A stretch of 64,000 bases of DNA from a virus (IMGVR_UViG_3300042451_000817:5911-69910); one strand, 5' to 3'; shown: positions 1 through 9,942, counted from the first letter of the stretch. The notes: generated by a model not told the origin, from the letters alone. Numbers and translations: made by a program.

Positions 1-386
1 CTAATCATTTCACAATTATACCTGAGATCGTATTCACTTCTGAATATCCGTATGGTTATAGTGTAAATTCAAATAGGTCCCACCTATATTATTGTGAATA
101 TATTTGTAATCATTTATTTAAAACTATTAATATGGAGTATGTTAATTTCAAATTCTCAACTTTAAAAGATGAGAAAACAAATGACCAGTTAATTTCAATT
201 AAGACTGATTCAATATATGTTGATGATTATATTAAATCTTTAATACTTGATGTGTTCGATTTTAATATTGATAAATTTGTATTAGATAATTTATCAGGTT
301 ATGATGTTAAAAATGAAATTGATTCTCAATTAGAGAAAAAACCTTGGAATAAGGTTGATAGAATGAATGATATGGTAATATTTTAA
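1..386 (+). CDS. 5'-truncated protein, C-terminal part resembling a degenerate S-adenosylmethionine synthetase (MetK)
   Basis: Frame is open from position 3 (NHFTIIPEIVFTSEYPYGYSVNSNRSHLYYCEYICNHLF...) into the 132..386 ORF; motifs 'NRSHLYYCEYICNHL', 'LILDVFDFN' and terminal 'PWNKVDR' parallel the MetK C-terminus. Confidence 0.45.
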   Translation, partial: NHFTIIPEIVFTSEYPYGYSVNSNRSHLYYCEYICNHLFKTINMEYVNFKFSTLKDEKTNDQLISIKTDSIYVDDYIKSLILDVFDFNIDKFVLDNLSGYDVKNEIDSQLEKKPWNKVDRMNDMVIF

Positions 387-409
387 TTTGGGTGATTATT
401 CACCCAAAT
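387..409. terminator. Hairpin between convergent genes
   Basis: TTTGGGTGA-TTAT-TCACCCAAA inverted repeat at the junction of + and - strand stops. Confidence 0.55.
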
Positions 410-680
410 GTTCTTTAATAATTTTAAGACCTTCATCAAAGTCTTTGAAGTCTCTGTCAGGAGCAAACAATAAGGTGTTAGGATTTTCTTCAGGAGATTC
501 AACTATCATAAATGCCGGAACGTATTCATTTTCTGTTATTTCAACAAATAAATCATATTCTTCTTGATATTCATCAATGTCTCTTTCATAATAGTCAACT
601 TTGTTTTCGTCCAACATTTTTTTAAAGTCTACACAATGTGGACACCCCTTCATTGTGTAGACTAATAATAATTTATCCAT
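396..680 (-). CDS. Glutaredoxin-like protein
   Basis: YTMKGCPHC active site, later VP cis-Pro motif, 94 aa. Confidence 0.85.
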   Translation of the reverse strand: MDKLLLVYTMKGCPHCVDFKKMLDENKVDYYERDIDEYQEEYDLFVEITENEYVPAFMIVESPEENPNTLLFAPDRDFKDFDEGLKIIKEHLGE

Positions 681-987
681 TTACTAATTCTTTAACAAGG
701 TTTTTTATTTGCTCTTCGTTCAATAACCCTACTTTAGTATCAACAATTTCCCCCATATTGAAGGTTTTAATTGTTGGTACACTTCTAACCCCTAAAGACA
801 TTGCCACTTCTCTATTAACATCAACATCCAAAGAATACATTTGAACTTCAGTTGTATTTTCTTTAGCCACTTTTTCAAATATAGGTTTTAAGATAGAGCA
901 GGGGCCGCACCAAGACGCACCTAATTTTAATATAATCTTTTCCCCATTATTTATTTTTTCTTGTAATTCTACGCTACTAATCTCCAT
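673..987 (-). CDS. trxA: Thioredoxin
   Basis: WCGPC motif, 'GVRSVPT', 104 aa. Confidence 0.92.
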   Translation of the reverse strand: MEISSVELQEKINNGEKIILKLGASWCGPCSILKPIFEKVAKENTTEVQMYSLDVDVNREVAMSLGVRSVPTIKTFNMGEIVDTKVGLLNEEQIKNLVKELVNG

Positions 988-988
988 T

Positions 989-1300
989 TTATTTTATTTT
1001 TTTTATTATGTTTATTAAATATTCTGAAACGTTTCTTCTATCAATTGTTGTTAATATAAACAGACCTCCACTATCATTTTGGTAAATTAAAATTCCTGTT
1101 GAATCATACTCACACAATCTTTCAATGAAAACGTTTTTGTTTAATTCTGGTTTGAATGTGGATTTGAACCATATTAGATTGTATTTATCCACGAAATAAT
1201 TAATCTTTTCAAATACATCATCGTGAACTCTCATTTCAATTACTGAAGGGTAGTAATTAAATTTTTTGATAAATGTATCTATACAATTTTGTGGTATCAT
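989..1300 (-). CDS. Hypothetical protein
   Basis: 103 aa ORF abutting its neighbours in an operon. Confidence 0.65.
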   Translation of the reverse strand: MIPQNCIDTFIKKFNYYPSVIEMRVHDDVFEKINYFVDKYNLIWFKSTFKPELNKNVFIERLCEYDSTGILIYQNDSGGLFILTTIDRRNVSEYLINIIKKIK

Positions 1301-2968
1301 CTAAACTAAATAATAAATACTATCTTCTGAATTTTCAACATTACTATCCCATCTTATAGTTGCAGAAGTTTCATTTTTTTGTATGATTAACTCTCTTTTA
1401 AATTCTTTATTACCTTTTTTGGTTATTATGGTTTGAGGTTTTAGTTTATTATATTTTGTTATGGTATTTAACACATCATCTAACTCCCTAATAGGTTCAT
1501 TCCATTCTTCAGGTAGTGTTTTATTAAACCTACCTAATGTCTGAACTCTATTAAATTTAAACCTTTCATTTACAAAAAGAACTCTATATTCAATGGTTGC
1601 TCTATCTTGTGATTCGATATTATTTTTTCTTAACGAGATAATTAATGATGTTGGTCTTTCAATGTACGTTCTAACACAATTACTTTGAATTGTTGACTCT
1701 CTATTATATTCTTTAGAATTTGTTAATAACACCGGGTAATATACCTGTTCGTTAATTATAATAGGTTTATTTAACTCGTTTACCAATGTTTGGTCATAAG
1801 TTATATCGTGATTCGCCATAGTATAAAAAGTCATTTTATCCGTCCAATCTAAATGCTCTTTTTGGAAATCATCGTAGGTATTCGATAACCATTTAATGTC
1901 CTCATATTTATTTACCACTCCGTAAAAATTAGCGTGGTCATTAAAAGTTTGATTTCCAATTTTACCATCAATAACCAATTTAAATATTTCAAAAACATTA
2001 TCAAATTCTTTTTTAGTTTTAATTAACTTATTAAAGTTAATAAGATTGTGGTTCACTAACTCACTACATTCTAAAATAGATTTAATTAAACTCTCATTTT
2101 GATTCATTACATACTCTTCACCAAAATTATTAAAAACTAAATGTAAATTAGTTAATGTTAATTTGTCTACATTATGAATTATCTTTCTAAGTTTCCTACC
2201 TTTAATTTTATTCGCCAACATAAAGCTGTCCACATATTTGTAATCATTCTTTACGTAATCAATTTTTTTTGGTTGTAGGTTATCAAATATTAGGTTCTCC
2301 CAATTATTGGGTAATTTAACCCCATACTTATCAAAGAACATTTTATAAAACACATTTTGCTCTTTTTTTAAACCAGTTGTTTTATACTTTTCAATATCAG
2401 GTATATTTTTTATAAAAGAATTTATCGCCTCATCAATGATTTGGTCTCTTTTAATTTCCGAATATTCTTCTATAAAATCAGATCTAAAATTATTAACCAA
2501 TGTTTGTTTAAATTCTAATAATGGGTCACCATAAGTTAAAATTCTTCTTATTTTTCTTTTAAATTTTCTTTTCTTGTGGTAATCTTGTATGGATCCTTTA
2601 TAAATTGCGTTGGTTTTAAAATTATAAGTGAAGAAGTAACAGATTGTGGATAATTTGAAGTAAGGTTTTCCAACGACTCTATTTCTATGATATAAGAATA
2701 GTTTTAAACTAATTTTATCATCTTTTTTGGTTACAATAATTGAAATTTTTGATAGGGATACTGAGGCTAATTTATTGGCATAGTTCTCAATATAACAATT
2801 TTCATCTTTATTTACCGAAGTATCAAATTCCCATCTTGGATGTTCTTTAGTCCCGATATATTTTATTCCAATAAAATCATTGGAGTCATCATCGTGTAAA
2901 AGAGTACAAAAATTTTTGTAGAGGCCTACATAATAAATTTTACCCGTAAAATTAAATAATTCACTCAT
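1301..2968 (-). CDS. PcfJ-like domain protein
   Basis: C-terminal 'LLTNSKEYNRESTIQSNCVRTY...IISLRK...RATIEY...VQTLGRFN' matches the PcfJ-family pattern. Confidence 0.7.
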   Translation of the reverse strand: MSELFNFTGKIYYVGLYKNFCTLLHDDDSNDFIGIKYIGTKEHPRWEFDTSVNKDENCYIENYANKLASVSLSKISIIVTKKDDKISLKLFLYHRNRVVGKPYFKLSTICYFFTYNFKTNAIYKGSIQDYHKKRKFKRKIRRILTYGDPLLEFKQTLVNNFRSDFIEEYSEIKRDQIIDEAINSFIKNIPDIEKYKTTGLKKEQNVFYKMFFDKYGVKLPNNWENLIFDNLQPKKIDYVKNDYKYVDSFMLANKIKGRKLRKIIHNVDKLTLTNLHLVFNNFGEEYVMNQNESLIKSILECSELVNHNLINFNKLIKTKKEFDNVFEIFKLVIDGKIGNQTFNDHANFYGVVNKYEDIKWLSNTYDDFQKEHLDWTDKMTFYTMANHDITYDQTLVNELNKPIIINEQVYYPVLLTNSKEYNRESTIQSNCVRTYIERPTSLIISLRKNNIESQDRATIEYRVLFVNERFKFNRVQTLGRFNKTLPEEWNEPIRELDDVLNTITKYNKLKPQTIITKKGNKEFKRELIIQKNETSATIRWDSNVENSEDSIYYLV

Positions 2969-2979
2969 AAATTTAAAAT

Positions 2980-3005
2980 ATATGGCGAGAGTTACCTCGC
3001 CATAT
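2980..3005 (-). terminator. Intrinsic terminator after the DUF932 gene
   Basis: ATATGGCGAG-AGTTAC-CTCGCCATAT hairpin flanked by A/T tracts. Confidence 0.7.
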
Positions 3006-3014
3006 TTTTAGTTA

Positions 3015-3767
3015 TTAATAATACAATTCCGCTAACTCCCAAAGTTTGGTATTAACTTGATTAACCGCCATAATGTTTTTTAAACCTTTAAGTTCGGTTC
3101 TTTTACCATTATTTGATGTGTATTTAACCCCACCTCTAACAAACTTTTCCTGAACAACATTAAACACACTCCATAAGTCATTACCATTGTCACCTTCTCT
3201 GTTAGGGACTAACAATTTACTAGGTTCTAAACTTGCCGGAACTGAACCGACTTTCCATCTTAATTTTGTCGCCTCTCTAACAAAAGATACTTTTTCAGAT
3301 TCATCCATTGTTTTTGACATCATTTTTTCAACTGAATTCTGAATCATCGGTAATTTAGCGGCAAAACTTTCTGTTAATCTTTTAACATCATCAAGTTCAA
3401 AGTTTTTGTGTCTAACTTTAAACGAATCCGCAACACTTGTTGGTACGGTTAAACCATTTGAACATACTAATCTATGTAAACCTGCGGATACTGAAAAGGT
3501 AGTTAAACCATTATGGGAGTTTTTAATAACCGCCTCAACCAAAGAATCTCCAACTTTTGGTAATTCTCCATTACGGAATCTTAACTCGTGCATTGAATAT
3601 ATTCCTTTTCCTGATTGTCTCGCGGTTGATAATTCCCACCCTTCTCTTTGGAAATTTTCCATAATTTCATAGGTTGGAACGAACACATATCTATCTGACA
3701 TTTTTGGTGATTGTGTTGTTGTGAAGATTGACGGAACGTTTTGTTTTAGTGTTTCTAATGTTATCAT
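3015..3767 (-). CDS. DUF932/DUF945-family protein
   Basis: 'NSHNGLTTFSVSAGLHRLVCSNG', 'DLWSVFNVVQEKFVRGG', 'NTKLWELA' motifs. Confidence 0.85.
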   Translation of the reverse strand: MITLETLKQNVPSIFTTTQSPKMSDRYVFVPTYEIMENFQREGWELSTARQSGKGIYSMHELRFRNGELPKVGDSLVEAVIKNSHNGLTTFSVSAGLHRLVCSNGLTVPTSVADSFKVRHKNFELDDVKRLTESFAAKLPMIQNSVEKMMSKTMDESEKVSFVREATKLRWKVGSVPASLEPSKLLVPNREGDNGNDLWSVFNVVQEKFVRGGVKYTSNNGKRTELKGLKNIMAVNQVNTKLWELAELYY

Positions 3768-3790
3768 ATTATTGTGTTTTAATTATAATA

Positions 3791-3822
3791 CAAAGATATG
3801 AAATATATTTGAACTGGCCAAA
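3791..3822 (-). promoter_or_regulatory. Bacteroidota-type sigma70 promoter (-33 TTTG / -7 TATCTTTG)
   Basis: Minus strand TTTG-N20-TATCTTTG upstream of the 3767 start. Confidence 0.75.
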
Positions 3823-3837
3823 TTTATTTAAATAAAA

Positions 3838-4128
3838 TTAATTCAAACAAATTTTACCGAATTTGGTGTTTTGGAATATCTCCTCTAATTCAACTATTTT
3901 GGGGGTTAAATTATCGTTTCTGTGTAAAGAAACGATTATCTCAATGACTTGTTCTCTTTTTAAAGAAGCTTCACCATCTTTTTCAAAATTTTTCTCACAT
4001 TGTTCTCTTATTTTTTGAAAAAAGATGTCCTTATCGATTTTACCTATCAATTCTGTCAGTTCTTTTGGGTTCTTATCGAAGAACCCAATAAACTGATTCA
4101 TATAGATATCGATTTCGATGTTTTTCAT
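3838..4128 (-). CDS. Hypothetical protein
   Basis: 96 aa ORF, co-directional, typical composition. Confidence 0.7.
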   Translation of the reverse strand: MKNIEIDIYMNQFIGFFDKNPKELTELIGKIDKDIFFQKIREQCEKNFEKDGEASLKREQVIEIIVSLHRNDNLTPKIVELEEIFQNTKFGKICLN

Positions 4129-4144
4129 ACGAAATTCTTTTTGA

Positions 4145-5524
4145 TTATAATACTGAATAAAATCCCGCTCCGTTGTCTTCTAAAATATCTTTTAAACTTT
4201 CAGGTATTTTAACATTAGGATTAGAATTTTTCAAATTAAGCATTGTCAAATTTTTAAGATTTTTAATTGACTCAGGTATTGATTCTAAATCTTTATTATC
4301 AGGTAAAGATATAAACGCTAAGTTAGGTAAGTTACCAATAGATTCAGGTACGGTTTTAACCATATTCTGTAATAATATTGTGTGTAAATCTTTAAATTGA
4401 GATATCTCATCAGGAACATCTAACGCAACGTCTTCTTTACTTTTATTAATAATATTTAAAGTTTTAATATCTTTAGGTAAAGATTTGAATAAATCTTCAA
4501 ATCCGTATAACGCTACGAATTTACCTGCGGAACTTTCAGGGTAAATAATTTCCACCTTTGTTCCACCTTTAGTTGTTAATCCTTTAGCGAATTCGTGTTT
4601 GAATAAAGGTTTTAATTCAGGCGCCTTTTTATTTAAGAACTCAACTAAATTAATTTGGTGGTCATCTCTATCCATAAATTGAGCATCTTGGAAATGGAAT
4701 TGATACCTTTCTTTAGGTAATCCTGTTCTTTCTCCAACCTCACCTTTATCATCATTAGGAAATACAACGTATAGTGGACCTTTTGCAATATATCTGTCAA
4801 ACCAATTTAAACCTGGAGATGAAGTACACCATTCGGTTTCACCTTTTCTATGGTCTTTATATCCGCCATACCAAATTGCAGCATCTTTACCAGCAGGTCC
4901 TGGGTCACTAATCTTAATTAATGTCCAATCTGTACCTTGATAAAGAATTTCAGAACCTTTGTGTGAGAATCCTTCCCTAGACTTTTTAGCCTCTTTCTTT
5001 TCAGTTTCTATTCTTTTCTTTTCAGGTAATTGGAAATTAGAAAAAATATCAAATAAATCGGCAATTGATAGTTTACCAATATCTCTTTTTTCTAATGGAA
5101 GGTATTGTTTAGCTTTAGTATAAAACTCTAATCTTTCAGTTTGTTTATATAAATCTTCTAAGAATAATCTTTCAAATTCTTTTCTTGCCGTTTTATATTG
5201 TGGTGATTTAGGGTCTAAGGTATTTAAAGGATGTTCGGCGTCTAAAACGGGTTTAACAAAGTTTTTTAATAACCATTGGGTATAGTTACCTACTTTAACT
5301 TTTCCCATATCTTCAACACTAGCCCCTTCAATGTCAAAATTTTCAGGCGCCTTTGACGTTGGGTCAGCCATTATAATTCGTTTTAGGATATCAAAATCCA
5401 TTAATCCTTTGGTGGGTTTACCTCCTTCGGTTTTTTTCTCAGGAGCTTTAACCATTTTGTCGTATAAAACTTGGAATCTAGAATTCTCAACTATTAGTTT
5501 TGATAATAAAGATGTAATTTTCAT
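4145..5524 (-). CDS. Protein with C-terminal leucine-rich repeats
   Basis: LRR units 'VPDEISQFKDLHTILL', 'VPESIGNLPNLAFISL', 'IPESIKNLKNLTMLNL'; central 'WCTS...FDRY...RYQFHF' phage domain. Confidence 0.8.
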   Translation of the reverse strand: MKITSLLSKLIVENSRFQVLYDKMVKAPEKKTEGGKPTKGLMDFDILKRIIMADPTSKAPENFDIEGASVEDMGKVKVGNYTQWLLKNFVKPVLDAEHPLNTLDPKSPQYKTARKEFERLFLEDLYKQTERLEFYTKAKQYLPLEKRDIGKLSIADLFDIFSNFQLPEKKRIETEKKEAKKSREGFSHKGSEILYQGTDWTLIKISDPGPAGKDAAIWYGGYKDHRKGETEWCTSSPGLNWFDRYIAKGPLYVVFPNDDKGEVGERTGLPKERYQFHFQDAQFMDRDDHQINLVEFLNKKAPELKPLFKHEFAKGLTTKGGTKVEIIYPESSAGKFVALYGFEDLFKSLPKDIKTLNIINKSKEDVALDVPDEISQFKDLHTILLQNMVKTVPESIGNLPNLAFISLPDNKDLESIPESIKNLKNLTMLNLKNSNPNVKIPESLKDILEDNGAGFYSVL

Positions 5525-5607
5525 TTTAAGATTTTTATTTATAAATATTTCGTTTTTTGAAATTGTTTGGATTACAAAATTAAATATTTTATTTATAAAA
5601 ACAAAAT

Positions 5608-6444
5608 TTAATTCATTATTAGTAATTCCGTTCCAACATTTTGTGTTTTACCTTTTTTGGCTGCGGCGGCCTTTGCGAAATCTTTACTTACCCATCTATA
5701 TTCTGTTTTGGGAAACCATTCAGATAATAAAGGAAAATCGTAGTACGACATATTAAATTTACCTTTAATATTTTTTAAAACATTTGCCAATCTTTCGTGG
5801 TCATCCCTATCAAAATCGTGTTTAGAATAATAATTTTCAGTTTTCCAATATGGTGCGTCAATATAATGAAAAGTATTTACCCCATCGTACTTTTTAATAA
5901 CATCTTCAAAATCTAAATTTTCAACATCTGTTATTTTTGTGAAATGTTCTATCCAATCAGGTTTTAGTAATTTATCCCTAAATGTTAAATATTTAGATTT
6001 ATATTTCCCTTTTAAATCAATAAAAGAAGATTTTTCGGGTTTAGACCCACTAAAAACTTGAGTAACCACATATACGTATTTTGCAGCGGTTTCATAATCG
6101 TACTCACCTATTATAAAATTTTCGTTAAAAATTTCTCTTTGGAATCTCTCAAATTGTTCTTTATAAATTTCAGGGGTTTTTTCGACCCCTTGTTTTTGAC
6201 AATCAATTGAATTTATTGCCTTTAACATATTAGATGGGTTTTGAACACATTTAAATAAGTTATAATTCAATCGATTAAAATCGTTGTAAACTATTTTTTT
6301 GAGATTTGGGTAGTCTTTTAAGTCCATATTAAAATAACACCACATCATCCCTCCAAAAGACTCTAAATAAATTTCCATATCTTTAGGGTAATATTCAACT
6401 ATCCACTTACCAATTTTTGATTTTCCACCGATCCAACTCAACAT
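5608..6444 (-). CDS. DNA adenine methyltransferase (Dam/D12 class)
   Basis: 'WIGGKS', 'YLESFGG', 'YNDFN', catalytic 'DAPY', 'MSY', C-terminal 'ELLIMN'. Confidence 0.88.
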   Translation of the reverse strand: MLSWIGGKSKIGKWIVEYYPKDMEIYLESFGGMMWCYFNMDLKDYPNLKKIVYNDFNRLNYNLFKCVQNPSNMLKAINSIDCQKQGVEKTPEIYKEQFERFQREIFNENFIIGEYDYETAAKYVYVVTQVFSGSKPEKSSFIDLKGKYKSKYLTFRDKLLKPDWIEHFTKITDVENLDFEDVIKKYDGVNTFHYIDAPYWKTENYYSKHDFDRDDHERLANVLKNIKGKFNMSYYDFPLLSEWFPKTEYRWVSKDFAKAAAAKKGKTQNVGTELLIMN

Positions 6445-6450
6445 AACGTA

Positions 6451-7224
6451 TTAAAATTTAAAATTATATTCCGATTCCGGATTTCTAGGGTATTTATCGA
6501 GTTTGTTAAACGATAAATAACTTTTATATTGATTAAATGTAGTTATATTTTTTTCAACAATCAACTTTAAAAACTCATCTTTACTCACAAAATCTTTGAT
6601 CATTCCGTCAAATATTAGTTTTTTTCTTTCTAAACATAGAATTTTATCGTTATTGTTGTATAACAATTCCTTAAATTTAAATAAATCACTTAAATTACCA
6701 ATGGTTATACTATATATTTTACCCATTTTATAAAATCCAATGTTAGTTAGACCTTGTGTTTTTAAAAATTCGTAAACACCCGATATAAAATTATAATTAC
6801 CAACAATAGTTCCGTTATACCCGGCAGAGTCTTTCCTCTTTGAAATAGACCCATCACCATCAAAATATCCTCTTATAAAGTGAGTTATTAAATTTGATGG
6901 TAAATCGGGTAAAGTTATTTTAAAAGTCTTATTATTAACACATCCCAACTCAAAAAGTCGTTTAACAACTTTACTTGAATTTATTGATGTTTGACAAAAA
7001 TAAGATTTATTGTCTAACCCACATTTAATAGGGTGGTCACTTTCCATATGTTTTAGTAGTTTTTTAATATGGTCAACATCTGTATTTTTTAATTTCAACT
7101 TTAATTCACCGCTTTTACCATCTTTCATTCTAACATACCCATCAGCGTATAGAAACCCTAACCAATATGATGACTCTTCATTTAATATATCAAAATAATT
7201 TTCATTAACTTTGTACTTTCTCAT
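6451..7224 (-). mobile_element. Free-standing LAGLIDADG homing endonuclease gene
   Basis: Two motifs 'YWLGFLYADG' and 'FIRGYFDGDG'; N-terminal 'YKVNENYF'. Confidence 0.88.
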
Positions 7225-7369
7225 AATACTCTTTCACTAAATTCTGAACAAACTTGGACACACTAATATCCTCATTTTTCATTTTATCGAAAAGATATCG
7301 GTCAATACTAATACCATATTTAACCTTTTTATCTTTTTCATCTTTTTTAGGTCTTCCTGATTTTTTCAT
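7205..7369 (-). CDS. Small DNA-binding protein (GRPK motif plus ribbon-helix-helix-like), not in ORF track
   Basis: 54 aa MKKSGRPKKDEKDKKVKYGISIDRYLFDKMKNEDISVSKFVQNLVKEYYEKVQS, overlaps the endonuclease start, preceded by TATTTAT. Confidence 0.65.
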   Translation of the reverse strand: MKKSGRPKKDEKDKKVKYGISIDRYLFDKMKNEDISVSKFVQNLVKEYYEKVQS

Positions 7370-7465
7370 ATTATATAAATATACTAAAATATAAGAAAAG
7401 TGCGTGATAAATCAATATCACTTTGACATATTTTTAATTTTTAATTATAATTAAACAAAAAACCT

Positions 7466-7600
7466 ATGGAAAATAAAAATTGTAAAAAATGTAATAACAC
7501 AGGATTAAAACTTCGTCATTGGTTGGTTGTAATCCTATCTTTCTATCTTTTGTTTGCATCGATATATGGAACAATTAAATTATTTAAGGAGTTCTTCTGA
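7466..7600 (+). CDS. Small membrane protein with CxxC, not in ORF track
   Basis: 44 aa MENKNCKKCNNTGLKLRHWLVVILSFYLLFASIYGTIKLFKEFF; A-rich leader. Confidence 0.55.
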   Translation: MENKNCKKCNNTGLKLRHWLVVILSFYLLFASIYGTIKLFKEFF

Positions 7601-8519
7601 ACTTAACGTATAATCTAATAAACAAATCACCAAACCCATTATTTTTAAAACCTTTAGATTTAACTCTTAAAGGTTTTGAACTATCGAAATCTACCGGTAA
7701 TTTAATTAACAAATTACCATCTGGATGTGGTATAGTTACATTCTCTTTTTTTAAATCATCTAAATTTAAAAAACAATTATATATTAAATCATTACCTTCT
7801 TTTTCAAAATTAGACTCCGAATAAAGGTTAAATTTTACAACTAAATTACCATAAAATCCTTTTATAAAATCCCCTTTACCATTTAACCTAAACATCTGTC
7901 CATTATCAATCCCGTGAGGAATTTTTATTTTAACGGTTTCCATATTAGTCTTAGTACTTTCTCCGTTGCAAGAATAACATTTTGTTTTAAATTTAAATCC
8001 TTCACCTCTACAATCGTTACACGCGTGTCTTACAACCTGAGTGAAAAATCCTCCACCCATTCTTCTTTCAAAAAATCCATTACCTCCACAGGTAACACAA
8101 ATATCTTTTTCACCACCATTTCCGTTGCAACTATCACAAGATGTTTTTCTACTAAATGTAATTTCTTTATCCGCAGATATATAAGATTCAACAACCCCAA
8201 TGTTAACCTCAATTATTTTATCAGGAACCACATTTCTTCTTTGCCCTCCAAAATGTTGATTAAAAAAATCTTCAAATGGATTACCGAATCCGCCGCCTTG
8301 GTTATTATGAAATGGATTATTTTTTCTATTATCATAATCTCTACGTTTATTCTCATCTCCAATATTTTCATAAGCCTCGGTTATTTTTTTGAAATATTCT
8401 TCAGACCCTCCCTTATCAGGATGATGTTCTATAGCCTTTTTTCTATACGCTTTTTTTATCTCATCTTGACTTGCGTTTTCCGAAACTCCAAGTATTTCAT
8501 AAAAATTTTCAGTTCCCAT
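7584..8519 (-). CDS. dnaJ: DnaJ chaperone (J domain, Zn finger, C-terminal domain)
   Basis: HPD motif, four CxxCxGxG-like repeats, 'IPHGIDNG', 'GDLFI'. Confidence 0.93.
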   Translation of the reverse strand: MGTENFYEILGVSENASQDEIKKAYRKKAIEHHPDKGGSEEYFKKITEAYENIGDENKRRDYDNRKNNPFHNNQGGGFGNPFEDFFNQHFGGQRRNVVPDKIIEVNIGVVESYISADKEITFSRKTSCDSCNGNGGEKDICVTCGGNGFFERRMGGGFFTQVVRHACNDCRGEGFKFKTKCYSCNGESTKTNMETVKIKIPHGIDNGQMFRLNGKGDFIKGFYGNLVVKFNLYSESNFEKEGNDLIYNCFLNLDDLKKENVTIPHPDGNLLIKLPVDFDSSKPLRVKSKGFKNNGFGDLFIRLYVKFRRTP

Positions 8520-8552
8520 TTACTTATTATAATATTATCAAATTATTAATTT

Positions 8553-9194
8553 ATGACACAAAATTATAGTGTAGTTTTATTTAAAAATAAAATAAAAAAG
8601 AAAATAATAAATAAGTTTAAAACCGATAAGAAATGTAACGATTTCTTTAAAAGTTTAATGGACGAGTCTGATTCAATTAAATTCGAAAGAAAGTATGAAA
8701 ATGGTTATGAGGTTAGTTATAATTTGTGTGGATTAGAACCTAAAAAAGTTATTTTAGATAAATTATATTATAAAGACGATTTTGGTAGACAGATAAAAGT
8801 TGAGTTTGATGATAATGATTTTACAATAACAAGGATTGAAAATTACAAAATTGAAGAATTTATAATGGATTATAAAACAAAAAAGAAATTATCATTTGAT
8901 TCTTTTTTTAAAAAATTAAGTTCAATCAATGGTTATAAATTAATCTCAAAATTGAATAATAAAATTGTTGTACAAGTGGATGATGATTACAGATTGTACA
9001 CTTTAAAAAATGTTTTTGATTGTGATAGATTTGCGGATGTTTTATATAATTACTCAATGTCTTTAGGTAGAACGGATTTTTTAATTGTTAAAGATTATAA
9101 TACAAATCAAAGAAAGTATTTATATGAAATTTTGGTTGAGAAAGGGTTTTCTAAGACTTATCTTCAGAGGTTGTCAACAACTCATCTTCAATAA
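8553..9194 (+). CDS. Hypothetical protein
   Basis: 213 aa ORF, divergent from dnaJ, fills the gap. Confidence 0.75.
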   Translation: MTQNYSVVLFKNKIKKKIINKFKTDKKCNDFFKSLMDESDSIKFERKYENGYEVSYNLCGLEPKKVILDKLYYKDDFGRQIKVEFDDNDFTITRIENYKIEEFIMDYKTKKKLSFDSFFKKLSSINGYKLISKLNNKIVVQVDDDYRLYTLKNVFDCDRFADVLYNYSMSLGRTDFLIVKDYNTNQRKYLYEILVEKGFSKTYLQRLSTTHLQ

Positions 9195-9402
9195 ATATTA
9201 TTTCAACTCCAGATATATCAACATTAAATCTTTTTACATTTGGATCATAATTTTCAAATTGCAATTTAGCATCTTGAAAATCATTTTTACTTAATTCGAA
9301 GACTATCATTTTTTTACCCTTAGTATAAAGTTTATCTGCTTGGTCGGATAATAAGGCCAATTGTTCTACTAAGATGCTAACACTTTTTTTAGTCTTTGCC
9401 AT
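9151..9402 (-). CDS. Hypothetical protein
   Basis: 83 aa overlapping-operon ORF. Confidence 0.6.
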   Translation of the reverse strand: MAKTKKSVSILVEQLALLSDQADKLYTKGKKMIVFELSKNDFQDAKLQFENYDPNVKRFNVDISGVEIIFIEDELLTTSEDKS

Positions 9403-9557
9403 AAAGTTAATTTTTTAGGTTTTTCAGGTAGAATATCCTCTTTTTTATATTTTTTTATTTCATTAATGAAATTTTGTTTTTCTTTTGAAACCCAACTTTC
9501 ATCTTTATTAATCTCATTTTTCAACCACTCCTGTGGTTCTAAGTTCTTCTTCTCCAT
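9369..9557 (-). CDS. Hypothetical protein
   Basis: 62 aa, amphipathic C-terminus 'LTLWQRLKKVL'. Confidence 0.55.
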   Translation of the reverse strand: MEKKNLEPQEWLKNEINKDESWVSKEKQNFINEIKKYKKEDILPEKPKKLTLWQRLKKVLAS

Positions 9558-9942
9558 CTTCTAGCTCAATTTTTTTAACTTTAACATCGAATTTTAAACT
9601 CTGTAAATTTTTTAATGTTTGTTTTTCAAATAAACCTTTAAGTTCTTCAACTTTTTCGTTAAATAGTCTTTCTTTTTGTTCTCTTTCCAAGTTATAACTA
9701 ATAACATTTTTAATATTTTTGGAAGTTAATTCAACTTCAATTTCAGTTATTTCTGAAACAAAAGAAATCAATCTTTCATCAGGATTTTGTGATTGATGTT
9801 CCATTACTTTATCCTCTTGGACAAACTTTTTTGGTAATTTCCAATTTTTTGGAAAATTAACATCGAAACTCAAGTGTGTTTTTATTTTTCTAACCGATTG
9901 TAAATAAGGTAACAATGCGGAAAACTCTTTATATAAGCTCAT
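9514..9942 (-). CDS. Hypothetical protein
   Basis: 142 aa ORF. Confidence 0.7.
   Translation of the reverse strand: MSLYKEFSALLPYLQSVRKIKTHLSFDVNFPKNWKLPKKFVQEDKVMEHQSQNPDERLISFVSEITEIEVELTSKNIKNVISYNLEREQKERLFNEKVEELKGLFEKQTLKNLQSLKFDVKVKKIELEDGEEELRTTGVVEK

Noticed and set aside
5608-7224. LAGLIDADG ORF as part of a group I intron splitting the methylase
   Set aside because: The methylase starts with its complete N-terminal motif, and there is no room for intron core structure or an upstream exon
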